Source: the human T2T-CHM13v2.0 reference genome, Homo sapiens
DNA length: 64,000 bases
Assembly (NCBI RefSeq): GCF_009914755.1
Contig: NC_060925.1
Direction: 5' to 3' (one strand)
The notes beneath the pieces are model-generated. The model was not told where the DNA came from. It saw only the letters and a list, made by a program, of their open reading frames with translations, and made no database searches. This document shows, piece after piece, positions 13,841 through 29,150 of this stretch. The position numbers were made by a program, and so were the translations under genes. How positions within the stretch are numbered: position 1 is the stretch's first letter; the number at the start of each line of letters is the position of its first letter.

Positions 13841-15144
13841 CTTTATAAACTGGCTGTGAACAATTCTGTCCCCATGTTATTTTAAAGCTTGTATGTCCTT
13901 GGAATGCTGTGTGGGAACTGCTGTTCCCCTGGGAGACCATTTTGTGTCCAGCTCCTTCAGCAGACCCCAGCCAGGCCTCCGCTGACCATGTGGCAGTTGG
14001 TTAGAGGGCTGCTCTGAGCTGGTTGATGTGATTTAAAAGTAGAGCCGCATTCTAGAAGAAGTGAACTACTGTGAATAAAAGAAGACTCAAGGAAATGCAT
14101 GCTGCTGGTAGAGATCGTGGTGATGGTGCTTGTGATGTTGGAGGTCTAAAATGCAAGAGGAGACATTATTTGTAGTCAGTCACGTCCTGTATAATATATG
14201 AGAGCCTGGTTCTGTAGGAACATAGGAACATCTGACTCCCTTTTCCATAAGGTTTGTATTTAAGTAGCTTCAGAAATGAAATTAGTGGCAGTTTGCACTT
14301 AGTTATAGGAATATTCAGTTGCATGAAGCTTATGACTTTGTGTTCCTTATTAATGTCATAAAGTCAGAAATGGGATGGCTGGAAAGTTAAGTCAGGATCC
14401 CTGAGCTTTCTATATTGGCCAAGTTGTGCAAAAAGAATTTTGGTGTAAAATGGTGTCTTTGTTCAAAACAGTGCCTGGCTAATAGGCTCTGATGTAGCTC
14501 TCACCAAAGATCTACTGAAATATTTACACACATTAAAAGTAGAAAAGTAGACAACTAACGGCCAACGTTTGAAGTGAAGCGATACTGACCATAAAAAAGG
14601 ACTGCACAGAAAAAGACAGACATTGTCTTGGTCACATGAAACAGACATAATCGGGAAAATGATAGGAACGTACTTAATGCTCTTCCCTTCCCCTTGCCTC
14701 TGGAGCTTAACTGTATATAAGTGCCAACCTAAAATGTAGATACTAGGGGAGTTGATATCTTCTCTTCTCCTACTGCTCCCCACACTTCATCATTTTACAA
14801 CTAGTTGAAGTCAGAGCTGCCCTGCCAATAACTTCTTAGGAAACAGAATGAGAGATTGTGGAGGAGGCACATTGTATTTGAAAGACCTCATAGGGAAAGC
14901 CCTGTAGGGAAATACAGAGAGCAAGTGTGTTCTAGAGAGAAGTGTGTGCTGGAAAAGGATTTTGAAGGGGAATAGTTGTGATCAAGAATTTACAGCCCAG
15001 CCTTGTGGTCTTTGAAGTATAAAGGTAACAGTAAAACAGCTTCAAATACACAAGGTTTAGAAAATACACCACATAGGTACATTTTGAAAGATTATTTAAA
15101 GATGTTCTACTGAGGGAGTCTTTAGAGAGCAACATTAAAAGTTC

Positions 15145-15710
<566 letters not shown>

Positions 15711-16424
15711 TTATAAAAGGCTGATTGTAACTCCAAAATTAAGGAATAAATTACTTTTTAAATGCATGATTGTAAAAGTGAATACAAATGTCTTATTCTT
15801 AAAAGATATAAATACAAACATAATACAAGGTAATCATAATAATCTAGAGTTTAAAACTTGGATAATATAACCAAATACCAAGACAATTATTTTTATTACC
15901 CTCTTAGAATTATTTTCAGCATTAAAAACCCTTCCTTGGGTCCTAAATTTCTGACCTTAAATTATGAGGAGCTCAAAAGATACTTTTCATCTTTGAATCT
16001 GACAGTTAGGGAAATACACACTTTAGCACACTGTTGAAAAAAACATAAAGGTAACAGATACTAGAAATAAAAACTAGAGAAGTAAATGTGAAATATATAA
16101 CAAATATTAGAAAATAAAGACCAAAATAAGAAAACAAAAGAAAAAGCATAAGACAAAGCAAAAAATGTCAGACCAAATAGCACAAACAATAAATATAAAT
16201 ATGCTAAACCTACTTATTAAAACATAAAGTGTCTCAGAATGGGTTTTAAAACAAAATGTGCTTTGCAAGAGACATCTGTAAAAAAAATAATAACAGTATG
16301 GCTAAAAATGAGTGAATGGGCAAAGATATATTAGGTGGATGTAAACAAACACAAAAACAAATGATCTTTAGTATTAAAACAGAGTGAAAGGCAGAGATCA
16401 GAAAGCATAAGAAACTTACTTTCA

Positions 16425-16930
<506 letters not shown>

Positions 16931-18278
16931 GTTACTGTATAATGATGAACAATAAGATTCACAAAGGAGATATGCATTATATATTTCTATGCATCATGAA
17001 CATTGTATTGAAATCTATCAAGTTGGAAATACCATAAATCAGCAGAGAAAAATAGTAATAATCAACTTTAATGTTTCTTCTTTTGACTGAATGAGTCATC
17101 AAACCATAAACATATAGAGTATTTGAATTATATAAAGAATTTGGTTGATTTAATAAATATGTTTTTACTGAACACTGTATGCTATAGCATATGTTTGTTC
17201 TTTTCCAGCATCCATGCAACCTATATGCCTCAACTGAAAACCTCAACAAACTTCGCAGAGCATGTATGGTACAGGCTGTTTTCTGTGACCATAAAGCAAT
17301 AAAAAGTTAAAAGTTTAACTTAAGGAAAAAAAAAAACACTTGGAAATTTTCCCCAAACACCAAATAACAATTAAACCCCATCCAAACCCAAAATTAAGAA
17401 AATAACAACACAGTCTCCCTTAATAGCTTCTAAATCATATAAGGATATTACAATTTCGATTACATATAATTTAGAAAATAACAAGAACACTGCATATCCA
17501 AACACATTGGATGCAACCAAAGCAGTAACAGGATTAAAATTCATTGTCTTAAATGGTTTTAGTATAAAGAATTAATGAAAATAAATGAACAGTATTTTAG
17601 CTCAAGAAAGTAGAGTTAATGAAATAGTCCCAAAGAAAGCAGGTGGAGGGAATTAATTTTAAACAAATAAAAGAAATTAATAAATTCTGTAATAGTAAAA
17701 AGTAGTTAGTAAATAGTTCCAAAATCTAGGATTTTGAGAAAACCAAATATTTGTTAAGACTTGGAAAATATAATAAAGGAAAAGGCACATTAATGTAGGA
17801 ATCAGGATGAGATATAACTAAATATGTAGAAAAAATTTAAAAAATTTAAGAAACTACTAGTTAAAATTCCGTGCTAATAATTACAAAATTGTGTCAAGAT
17901 ATAACTAAATAAACTAATGACCAAAAAAGTTGGGAAAGTTTTCAAACCGTTAAGGGAAAAAAATAATGCTGAAGATCTTTTTATGTTGATTGTTTTCAAA
18001 CTGTTAAGAGATAATTCCTATGCTTTTAAATAACTTCTAACTATGAAGATATTTCAAAAGTTTGGAATTTCATTTCCTGGGTGAACATTATCTTATACCA
18101 TATCTGACAAAGATAACAACCAAAATTAACAACTAATTCCTTTGACGATATACCCATTATGAATATATATGATGAATATATGCTAAAAGATGTATAAGTG
18201 ATGTATTAGCAAATAAAATCCACCAGTAAGTTAAAAAATACATTATGGCCAAGAATTTTCATTCCAGTTATACAGTAG

Positions 18279-19032
<754 letters not shown>

Positions 19033-19217
19033 TAATTCTTTTATATCAACATTCAGCATCATAAACAGTGTTGTAACACTGGAGGAAGGCCCTTTAAAGA
19101 TCATGATGCCTGTTCCCACTTGTATTTTGTAATTGTTCTCTAGTTGTAGAAAAAGCATAAAACAAGATACAGAACTAGAGGTATACAACTGGAATGGAGT
19201 TGACAAAATGATCATCA

Positions 19218-20710
19218 TATTCATGTCACTTGACTACAGGACTACGTTTCTGAGAATGCATCACTAGGCGATTTCGTCATTATGTGAACACCATGGAGCC
19301 CCGGCCCCCAACCTTTTTGGCACCAGGGACCGTTTTCATGGTAGACAATTTTTCCGTAGTAGGTCGGAGTGGTGGGGAAGTTGGGGGATGGTTTTGGGAT
19401 GAAACTATTCCACCTCAGATCATCAGGCATAGTTAGAGTCTCATAATGAGTGCAACCTAGATCCCTCACATGCACAATTCACAATAGTGTTCTGTGCTCC
19501 TATGAGACTCTCATGCCTCTGCTGATCTCACAGGCGGTGGAGCTCAGGAGGTAATGCTGGCTCGCTTGCTGCTCACCTCCTGCTGTACGGCCTGGTTCCT
19601 AACAGGACATTGACCAGTACTGGTCCATGGCCTGGGGGCTGGGGCCAGTGTGCTTACACAAACCTAGATGGTATAGTCTACTACACACCTAGGCTATGTG
19701 CTATAGCCTATTGCTCCTAGACTACAAACCTGTACGGCATGTTACTGTATTGAAAAGTGTAGGCAGTTGTAACACAATGAAAAGTATTTGCATATTTAAA
19801 CATAGAAAAAGTACAGTAAAAATACCATATAAGGGATTAAAAAAATGGCACACAAAAACACACATACCATAAATGGAGCTTGCAGGATTAAAGTTTCTCT
19901 GGGTGAGTTAGTGAGTAAATGTTGAGTGAATGTGAAGGCCTAGGACATTACACTGCTATAGACTTTATAAGGACTATACACTTAGGCTAACTAGTTTATG
20001 AAAAATATTTTTCTTTCAATAAATTACTCTTACTGTAACTTTTCAAAACTTTTAAATTTTTTACCTGTTTGACTCTTGTAATAACTTAGCTTAAAACACA
20101 AACACATTATATGCTATACAATTTTTTAAAATATCCTTATTCTGTAAGCTTTTTCCTATTTATTAACTTTTTAAACTTTTTTATTAAAAACTAAGACACA
20201 AACACACACATTAGTCTGGGCCTACACAAAGTCAGGATCACCAATATCACCATCTTCATTTTGCCCCACTGGAGGGTCTTCAAGGGCAATAGCACTAACG
20301 GCGCGGCCATCTCCTAGGATCACAATGCCTTCATTTGGAATACCTTCCCAAGGACCTGCCTGAGGCTCTTTTATAGTTAACTTAAAAAAATTATATATAA
20401 GTAGAAGGAGTACACTTTAAAATAGTGATAAAAAGAATAGGACAGTAAATAAACAAGTAACATAGTTGTTTATTATTATCAAGCATTAGGTACCACACAT
20501 AATTGTATATGCTAGACTTTAATATGACTGGCAGCGCAGTAGGTTTGTTTACACTGTTATCACCACAAACACATGAGTATTGGGGTTGTGCTATGACATT
20601 AGGACAGCTAAAGGTGATAGGAATTTTCCAGCTCCATCATACTCTTACAGGGCCACTGTTATATATGTGATCCTTTGTTGACTGAAATGTCTTTATGTGG
20701 TGCGTGACTG
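19218..20710. mobile_element. Tigger3b-like (Golem/MER7) pogo DNA transposon, interrupted by MER1B
   Basis: ttctgagaatgcatcactaggcgatttcgtc...cttacacaaacctagatggtatagtctactacacacctaggc...; terminal gttgactgaaatgtc...gcgtgactg. Confidence 0.85.
19299..19646. mobile_element. MER1B-like hAT-Charlie DNA transposon
   Basis: ccccaacctttttggcaccagggacc...ttccacctcagatcatcaggcat...caacctagatccctc...ctcacctcctgctgt...ggttcctaacagg. Confidence 0.9.
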
Positions 20711-21472
20711 CATTTTCAGGAGATATGATTATACATCTAAACATATGAACAATAAAGTAAAAATATTTTAGAATGAATTATGGGCTTTAGAAGGGTGTCT
20801 ATATGTAAAACAAATTATTTGCTTCCATATCCACCGTAGAATATACTAGAAAACAGAAAAAGTCCTATCAACAATAGCAGCAAAATTGATAAAATACCTA
20901 GCAATAAACTTATTGAAAGAAAACTATAAAGTATTGCTGAAAGGCTTAACCTGAGTGAATGGGTGAAAATAATCAATATTTAAAGATATCAATAGTCTAT
21001 AGATTTAATTCGATTTCAATTAAAATTTCCAAGGGATTATATTTGAAACAAAATGATTCTAAAGTTAGCTCAGTGGTTACATATGAAATAGTAGTTTAGG
21101 ATTTGGGGGAAAACTGAGTAAGACTAGGTTTGCTCTCCAAGATATAAATGTATTACAACGGTTGAATAATTGAAATAATAATTGAAAGTTTGAATACATG
21201 AATGAATGACAAGTCATTTTGAGAAAAACAAAAGATTGCCTATAAATTGTGTTTTAAAAATTTGATTGCCATTTAGAGAAAAAATTATGTTCTCCCAACT
21301 CATTTCATAAACAAACTCCCAGATGGATTAATGGTTTAAAAGTAAAACATGCAAGTATTAGAAGCAAATATATATAAATGTTGACATAATCTCTGGTGTG
21401 AGGAAAGTATCACAGGTTAAAAGGCATAAACCGTTTACTTTTCTGGTACTTGTTTGGCACATAGTAGTCTTA

Positions 21473-21730
<258 letters not shown>

Positions 21731-21764
21731 TTACAAAAACTGCATACATTTATTAATTAGCAAT

Positions 21765-22165
21765 ATTTATGGTTAACAGAAAACTTGATTTTTAATCTAT
21801 CTTAAATAGATACTGATTTATTTGTCTCAAGCAACATGCAATCTGCAAGTTTGTAGTCAAGCTTGTAGTGTGTCTCAGGAAATGTGGACTCCCTCCATCC
21901 TTCCATTTCCTGTTCAGTGTAGAGCTCTGTCCTCCTAGAATTTACCTCATGGTTGCATAATTGTTGCTGTACCTCTAGGCTCATCTTCATTTTCCAGGCA
22001 GAAAGAAGGCAAACAGGCAAAATACCTAAGAGGCATGCTAGTTGAGTCTATCCCTTATTTTAAAAAATTCCCAGATTATTTCCCAGCAACTTTCATTAAT
22101 ATCTTATTGGCTGTAATGTGTTACATGAGCACTCCTAGCTGCAAAAGAGTCTGGGAAAATGGTGC
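21765..22165 (-). mobile_element. Old MLT1 (J/K/L-like) LTR
   Basis: cctcatggttgcataattgttgctg...ttccaggcagaaagaagg...tcttattggc...catgagcactcctagctgcaaaagagtctgggaaa. Confidence 0.65.
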
Positions 22166-22219
22166 CTTCCATCCTCTATCTTAGAGTAAGACTGGGATGA
22201 CAGATTGAGAATGGCTTTT

Positions 22220-22850
22220 TGATGTCCAATCCACAATAAACAAAATTGAAAGACAAGTAAATCAGGAAAAATATTTGTGTCATATAAGACAAAGATAATA
22301 TCCTTAATAAAGAGCTTCTAGAAATTGAAAACAAACCCAGTAAAAAATGATATAAATAGGACATTAATAAGATATAAAATGGACAATTACTTTATGAAAT
22401 GTTTAGGATCTCTAGTAATCCACTAAATATAAATTAAAACAGATTATCACTTTTTATGTATCAAACTTAGTGACAAACTACTGTAAAAATTCAAAATGGG
22501 AGAGTTGGTTAAATAAATTATGGTCCATCTATAAATCAGGAAAACCATGTAGTCATTAAAAATACATTTTCCTAGATTACATGGCATATGTTTACAATAT
22601 ATTTTTAATATTAATATTTTCATGTGGCAAAATATGAAAAATCACTTTACAAAATAACATAAACCATGAGATTCCACTAAAAGTTAATAGAAGAAAGATG
22701 AAGAATATTTAGTGGTTATCTTTGGGTGACAGAATCATGGATCAGTCTTTATTTTGTTCTGTTCTACTCATTTTCATTTTTTAAATATTCTATAATAAAT
22801 TTGAATTACTTTGGTAATAAAGCCAATAAAATTATTATAATAAAAAGTAT
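22220..22850 (+). mobile_element. L1ME-like 3' end
   Basis: ggaaaaatatttg...aaagagcttctagaaatt; ttggttaaataaattatggtccatc; cagtggttatct-like segment near 22710. Confidence 0.6.
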
Positions 22851-23639
22851 GGGTTGAAACTGGAACAGAAATAGAGAGCCAGGAAAGCATATGAAATTGA
22901 GGCTGATCAGAGTAGGCTTAATTCTATTCCCGTAATCAAGCAGCTATCTAGTTATGGTGTCTGCTTTCCTTTTTGCATATGCTCTATTTTCCTCTTTCTA
23001 AAAAGTGGCTTTTTTTTTCTTTTGTATTCTGTGTGTCTTTTCTTACTTCACAACCTTTTTTTTTCTCTATGGCTGTTCCATCTCTTCTACTTTATTGTTG
23101 CAGCTCCTTTGTAATTTTGGTTTGCCATGCATGGTCCTTAACTCTACCTCTTGGCCTTATAGTTTCACTTGGCACAGTGAGCTACGTGATTCTTTTCATG
23201 TTTCCTCAATTTGAATTCCTGGGAGTGAAAAATATACTTAACCTAGTCAGTCTTTTCACAGCAAGCCATGGTAGAGATAGCCGATAACTTGTGGCTCTGT
23301 TGTCCTTAGGTCAGGTATCCACACTGGTTTAATCAACAGAATCTGGGTAGGCAGGAGTGATCATGTGGTGCCAAGCATGGTGACAAGGCATTCCCCTTCA
23401 GCAGGGGCTCTGGATAAGGTGCCTGTAGCAGTCACTGCTGTCTCTATGGTTGACATATGTAGTACACTTCACCCCTTGCCTGTTCTCGCACTTACGCTTA
23501 TTCTCACATCATTGTTCTACAAAAGATGTTCCTGCCTATTAACAGTTACTTATCACACATAAAGCCAAAAACATCCTCATTCTATTTCTATATCTAGAGA
23601 TTGGGGCATTGCAAAGTCTGCTTGCTAAAACTAAAACAA

Positions 23640-24135
23640 GAATCTTCATGCAAGAGATTGAAAAAATGAACAAACAGACAAATAAAAATTGACGACATCC
23701 AGCATTAGTAAGGATATGCAGAAACTGCCATCCTTGTATGGTGCCAGTACAAGTGTGAGCTGCTAAGACTTTCTGGAAAATAATCTCAAAGTATCTGTTA
23801 AAATTACAAAGTTTTTTTGTAATCACCCCACTACTAGACTCTATGCTGTAGAAATAAATGTATCAGTATAAAAAAATATGTTCAAGGATATTTACATAGC
23901 ATTGTTTATAATAAAAATCTGGAAACAATCTGAATGTTCATCAAAAGGGGAATACATAAATACATCATGATTTATGTAGACTCTTGTGAAGTTATTAAAT
24001 AGAATGAATTAGAACTATATGTATATATAGAACGGTTTTCACATAATATTATGTTAATGCCAGGTATATACAATTATGATAATTTCTTTTAATAATGTAT
24101 CTTTTTGAACATAGAAAAATATAAAGGGAGGTGGG
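23640..24135 (+). mobile_element. L1ME-like 3' fragment
   Basis: gtaaggatatgcagaaact...ctttctggaaaataat...caaggatatttacatagcattgtttataata...ctggaaacaatctgaatgttcatcaaaagggga. Confidence 0.7.
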
Positions 24136-24139
24136 TCCA

Positions 24140-24790
24140 AGATTCACTGCACATAACAGAAATAATTCTATCATAGTCAAGTAGTTAACTGATTATATTT
24201 CTTTCTCAAATAGAGTTTTGTTTTTCTTTGAGTTTATAATTGCTTTTTTTGCATTGTCTGTCTTAATCTTATCCTTACAATTTTTTTTAACTTCTCAAAC
24301 ATGATATCAAATATATGGAATTCCTTTTTTATTGTGATTCCTCTCTTCTGGTGTTGTGTTTCCTACTGTCTTATCCAGATGTATTGTTCTCTATGTGCCA
24401 TGGTTGCTATTCTGGGCTTTACTTCACTTTTGGCTCATACCCAGTGTTTTCTAAATCCCAGGCCTTTCCCTTGTGTTATTCTTTTGTTTTGCTGGAGCAC
24501 ATCCTCAAGTAATTGCCTAGTACAGGGTGTGGGAGATAAACTTTTAGAGTCTGCACATCTGAAAATGTAACACTTACTTAACAGTTTAACTGGGTATTAA
24601 ATTCAATTTCCCTCAGAATTTTGAAAAGTATTATCTTTTCTATTATTTTGTATCATTTAGTGTTGCTTTTGGAAAATTTGATGCCAGTTTTATTCTTATT
24701 TCTTTGTGGGCAACTTGTTTTTTTCCCCTCTCTCTGGAAGCTTCTAGAATCTTCTAATAATCTTTAGAGATCTGCAAAAATGAGTATCTA
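24140..24790 (-). mobile_element. HAL1/old L1 ORF1-region fragment
   Basis: gctggagcacatcctcaagtaatt...catctgaaaatgt...tttccctcagaattttgaa...tgatgccagttttattctt...ctctctctggaagctt. Confidence 0.6.
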
Positions 24791-25337
24791 ACATAAAATT
24801 TCTTATTTAGGAAAGGAGGGGAGGTGCCCTTTTCCCATTGTAACTTGTCTGATATGATGCATAGCATCCATCTGCTTTGTGATGTTTACCTCATTCCTAA
24901 TCCTATGAATCAGAGTTAGGGCCAAAGCCACTAAGTTCCCCACAACCCCCATCTATGGGACCCAAGATCTGGGTCACTGGAGTCTATCAATGAAAGCCCA
25001 GTGTTTGTCACTTACCTAGCCTGTGGGGCTTCGTTTCCCTTCACCCTGTCACTGTACGATATCCACTTCCACTTACCCCAAGTATCCCCTGAGATCCTAT
25101 TCTATGTTCCATGAATGCACCTCACTCTCTCCAATTCAGGACTGATTCCAGCTATAGTCAGGCTCTTTCAGTTTCAGGGAGAAAAAAAGAACCACCCAGA
25201 CTACCGTGGGCAGAGGGAGGTGGGTAGGTCTGAGGATTCTTGTGTGTTAGAACTGAATCTCTGGCCAAAGGACCTCTTGAATGTGTTATTTCCCTATCAT
25301 AGGACACACAACCTCTCTTTGATGGTGCCTGTGCTGC

Positions 25338-25545
25338 CTTAGGGCCAGATTGTCTGGATTCGAATCCCAGCCCTACCACGTGCCAGCTATATGACCTTGG
25401 GCAAGCTGCTTAATCTCTCTGTGCCTCTGTTTTCTGATGTGGAAAATGGGGATAATAACAGAACTTCAGGTTTTTGTTGTGAGGATTGAGTTAACACATA
25501 TAACAGATTGAGCACACTGGCTGACACATCGTAAGTGCTCAACAG
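25338..25545 (+). mobile_element. MIR
   Basis: ggattcgaatcccagccctaccac...tgaccttgggcaagctgcttaatctctctgtgcctctgttttc...aaaatggggataataa...gtaagtgctcaa. Confidence 0.88.
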
Positions 25546-25549
25546 CAAT

Positions 25550-25710
25550 ATCTAACATGCCAGCATGTACACAGCATTTACCATGGGCCAGATGCTGTTA
25601 GAGGTGGAGGAACCAGCCCAAGGTAACACTGCTAGGAAAAGGACAGGCTGGGGTTCAGACCTGGGCAGGGTTCAAGAGCCTGGGTTCATGCTCTTGACCA
25701 CTTCACTCTA
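25550..25710 (-). mobile_element. Internally deleted MIR fragment, opposite in orientation to the preceding MIR
   Basis: agcatttaccatgggccagatgctgtt...gcccaaggtaacactgctagg...catgctcttgaccact. Confidence 0.55.
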
Positions 25711-27619
25711 CAGTTGTTTTGGTTTCTCTACCTCATATTTCCTGCCTTCTATCTAACTGTGACTTGTTTTGATCATTCGTGGTCCTTATCTACTTCATGG
25801 CTTCTCTCTTTATGCATGTTTTCTGTCTCTGGCTTCACTATCAAGTGCCTGATTTTTCTTAAAGGGAGAGAGAGTGAGAGAGAGAGACTCAGTTTCTGTT
25901 TTGTGTCAGGCCATCCTGTAGCTTATTGGCTGTCATCTGCATTTGTTTGTTGTCCTTGGATCAGGTGCCCACACTTCTATCCAGCTGGAGCCAGAGTGGG
26001 GTAGAGAGTTGCTACTTCAACAGTAACTGTGACTGGGGTAAATTCTCTCAGAAGGGGCTCTGAGGGCAAGATGGTGCCATGCTTGATGGGGACCATCTTG
26101 TACTACAGTATAGACTCTTGGCATTGCTGTCCTTTCTTCTGAAAATGAGTCTCCTACTTTTGTACCTGGTTTTGAATTGGTAAGTAACGAGATGAAGGAG
26201 ATGGATTTTGTGCATGGAAGAATGCTGATAATGGTCTTTAAAATTTCAGGATGTGGTTGTGATGGAAACTAAATTTTAGGGCGACACCCATACCAGATGA
26301 GATTAGTTATTTGCAGAAGCAACACCATGTTTTAATAGATTGGAGATGCCATGATTGTCCAAACTCTCTCACTAAGTATCAGACTGTATTCTCAGAAAGA
26401 CAGGTTTGACATTAAATAACAATCATTGAAAGTTCATTTAACTTTTCACTCAGTTACTCATTCAACATCTATGGGTCACCCACCAGGTCTAGCAGAGGGT
26501 GGAAGATGACCCCTATGACTTGTGCATGTGAGTCACTAAAAAAGGAGTGAGAATATAAACGCCTCTCTGTTTTTACTCAACCCAGTCAATCCAGGAGATA
26601 GAGAAAGAGACAGAGATGGAGGGAGATCTGAATATCAATGTATCAATGTCTGGTAATTATTCTTGACCATCAATATGATGATTCTTAATTAGCTAGCTAG
26701 TTATGTGGTTTTGATGCTATAACTCAACGACATTGTGGCCTTAGATCAGTCCCTTATATTTAAAAAGGAATAATAATTCCTGGGGGATTTTAAAAGAATT
26801 AGTGATAATAGATGTCTGGCTTGGTGCCTGAGTGCTATTACTTTTAGGCAGCATTTTCCCTGGAGTGGAAAGTGGCAATTCATCCCATTCCTTTTGCTCT
26901 TACTTTATGTTCATTAAGCAACTTTCTGACACATAATTTGCTCCTCTGAGGCAATTATTCCAGGAGAGAGTGTTCTGAATGACCAATGTGAATGATTCTG
27001 TAAGATGTATCTCCCCTAGTAAATTGATAAATCAATGAACGTATCAGCATTCTGGTTGGCAAATTAGGCTCCTGCTAATTTGGTTACATGAGTAACTTCC
27101 ACAAGTACAACCTATTCCAAGTGAACAGGTTCAGTCACATTTTAGGATCCCCACATTTGAGGACTCGAGTGGCAGCTAACACTTGCCAGGTACTACCAAC
27201 CCGCAGGGCCAACCTGAGCACGCAACCTGCCTGGCTCTGGCACTCCTACCTGAAAAGGGACCATTGTGTTGGCAGCGCAGGGTGGGGGGCTGAAATAGAG
27301 AGACCCTGGGAGCAGATGCCCAGGTTAGGCCTCTTGCAGTTGACCTGGGTAGAGGTAAAACTGGCCTGAACTCAGGTGGTAGCAAGAGGCATGGAAAGAA
27401 GGAAAAGGACAGATGCAAAGAAAGTGGCGCAAATTGGAGATAGTTTAGCAGCATAACTTTATACAGTCTGAGATGATTCAGGTCAACCCTCTCATTTTTT
27501 TTTTTTTTTTTTAACCTGTGAAGCATGAAACTTATCAGGTGCCTGTGGTCCCATCCACCGCTCAGAGCCCTGGTGGACACACTGCATTGCGGGCCTCCGG
27601 AATGGTTCTATTACAGCAT

Positions 27620-28290
27620 TGAGTGTTTTGATCAAACACATTGCACAATAGCTGTCTCAAGTATGCCCAGGCATGGCTTGAGCTATGGATACATATGCTG
27701 AGTGTATTAATCAAGTTTAATAGACCCCAGTGTCTGAAACAATGCCTTAAATTCTTTTTTCAGAAACTGCACAGAAGTGCAGCATTGTACAGCAAATAAA
27801 AGTGTTGCTACAATGCCTGTAAATCAGAGCTTTAAACTATGTTTCAATTATCCTTCTATTATCCAGCTGGTATTTAAGCATGTTTATTATTCAAATCAGC
27901 AGCGAATGTGCTGCTGTTGTGTAAACAACTGTCAATTGCTGAAACAATGATTAGGAGGCACCATCCCTTTCAGGTGTACTTAGCGGTACTTATACCCCAG
28001 CCACTTGTATTTAAATATCATGTAAACACAATGCTTGAGTGACTACTTTCACTCCTGTTCCCAATGCCTCATGCCAATTCTATTACATTAAGAGGGAAAT
28101 CTATTAAATTTTTCATTTATACACATCCGTACACTGTTTTTACCCATTGTATCATTAAGGCTTGGATTAATATAATAGATATGCTGAGAGATACAGTGTG
28201 CATTGAAAAAGCCTGTTCAAAATGAAAGCCAATTTCTCTGCATTATTTGGGGGTGTTGGAAGGCTTTTGTGAAAACAATGCAAAGAAAAT
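27620..28290. promoter_or_regulatory. Candidate enhancer: SOX/FOX motif cluster in unique sequence
   Basis: Seven ACAATG/CATTGT plus one ACAATAG and two GTAAACA within about 650 bp. Confidence 0.4.
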
Positions 28291-28476
28291 GATTTTCTGA
28301 ATAAAAAGCATGACATGGAGAAAAGAAAAATTTGGCCCCCAGAAAGAGCATCTTGAACCTTTATTAGCTCCATTACCAATTCAGCACAGAAAAAAGTGGA
28401 GAGCCAGAAAATAGGACATTTGTAAAATGAAGCTGTGTTGCTTTTGAAAGTTCTCTGCCATCACCAGTAAGGGGTT

Positions 28477-28503
28477 TGTGTGTGTGTGTGTATGTGTGTG
28501 TGT
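28477..28503 (+). repeat. (TG)n microsatellite with one interruption
   Basis: tgtgtgtgtgtgtgtatgtgtgtgtgt. Confidence 0.9.
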
Positions 28504-29022
28504 TGGGACTGGAGTTTGTGGGTGATGGTTGCTGGGCAGAGCTTGAATTTGCTTCTAGGCTATGCTCCCAATAAGTTTTTCCTTTTTTTCTTAAGCCTCA
28601 ATTTCCACATATAACCCAGGAAGACAATATTTTAAGTACAGTAGTTTTGTAAATAGTGAGGAATCATTATCTGGTCAAATGATTGACACCACCAGGGTTT
28701 TCATGTTAACCTGAGGTGTGTCTTTTGGGGGCTCAATAAATTGTTGTTGATTGGTCTCAGTTGCTAATCTGCAAATGGTATCTACTGTGTTTAGCAGGTG
28801 GATGCTGGAGAGAAAAGGGCAATGGCAGGATCTTGACTTGAGATTAGAACTTCTAACTCGGTGAATTCATGGATAGTGGCTTGAGTACATAGTAGAACCT
28901 CCCAGGTGGGTTGTAAAAAAGCTGTGCCTCATCCTTGGAGGTGATGTCATGATGTCCAAAATACTGCCTTCTAATTGATTTTGAAATACAACAAATTCCA
29001 GTTCTTTAGAATCTATAATATG

Positions 29023-29150
29023 TAGGGTGACCATGTAATTTATCACACAATTTGGGACATTTTGGTAGTAAGGTGTATTTAATAATTATGCTGGGACATC
29101 AGATGTAAACCAGCACTGTCCTGGGCAAGCCAGTACATACGATCACCCTA
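29023..29150. mobile_element. MER94-like hAT-Blackjack MITE
   Basis: TIRs tagggtgacca...gatcacccta; internal aataattatgctgggaca...gtaaacc...ctgtcctgggcaa. Confidence 0.85.

Noticed and set aside
22900-23430. Possible additional old MLT1 LTR
   Set aside because: Only weak motif resemblance (ttaggtcaggtatccacactgg...gatcatgtgg) and no definable ends.
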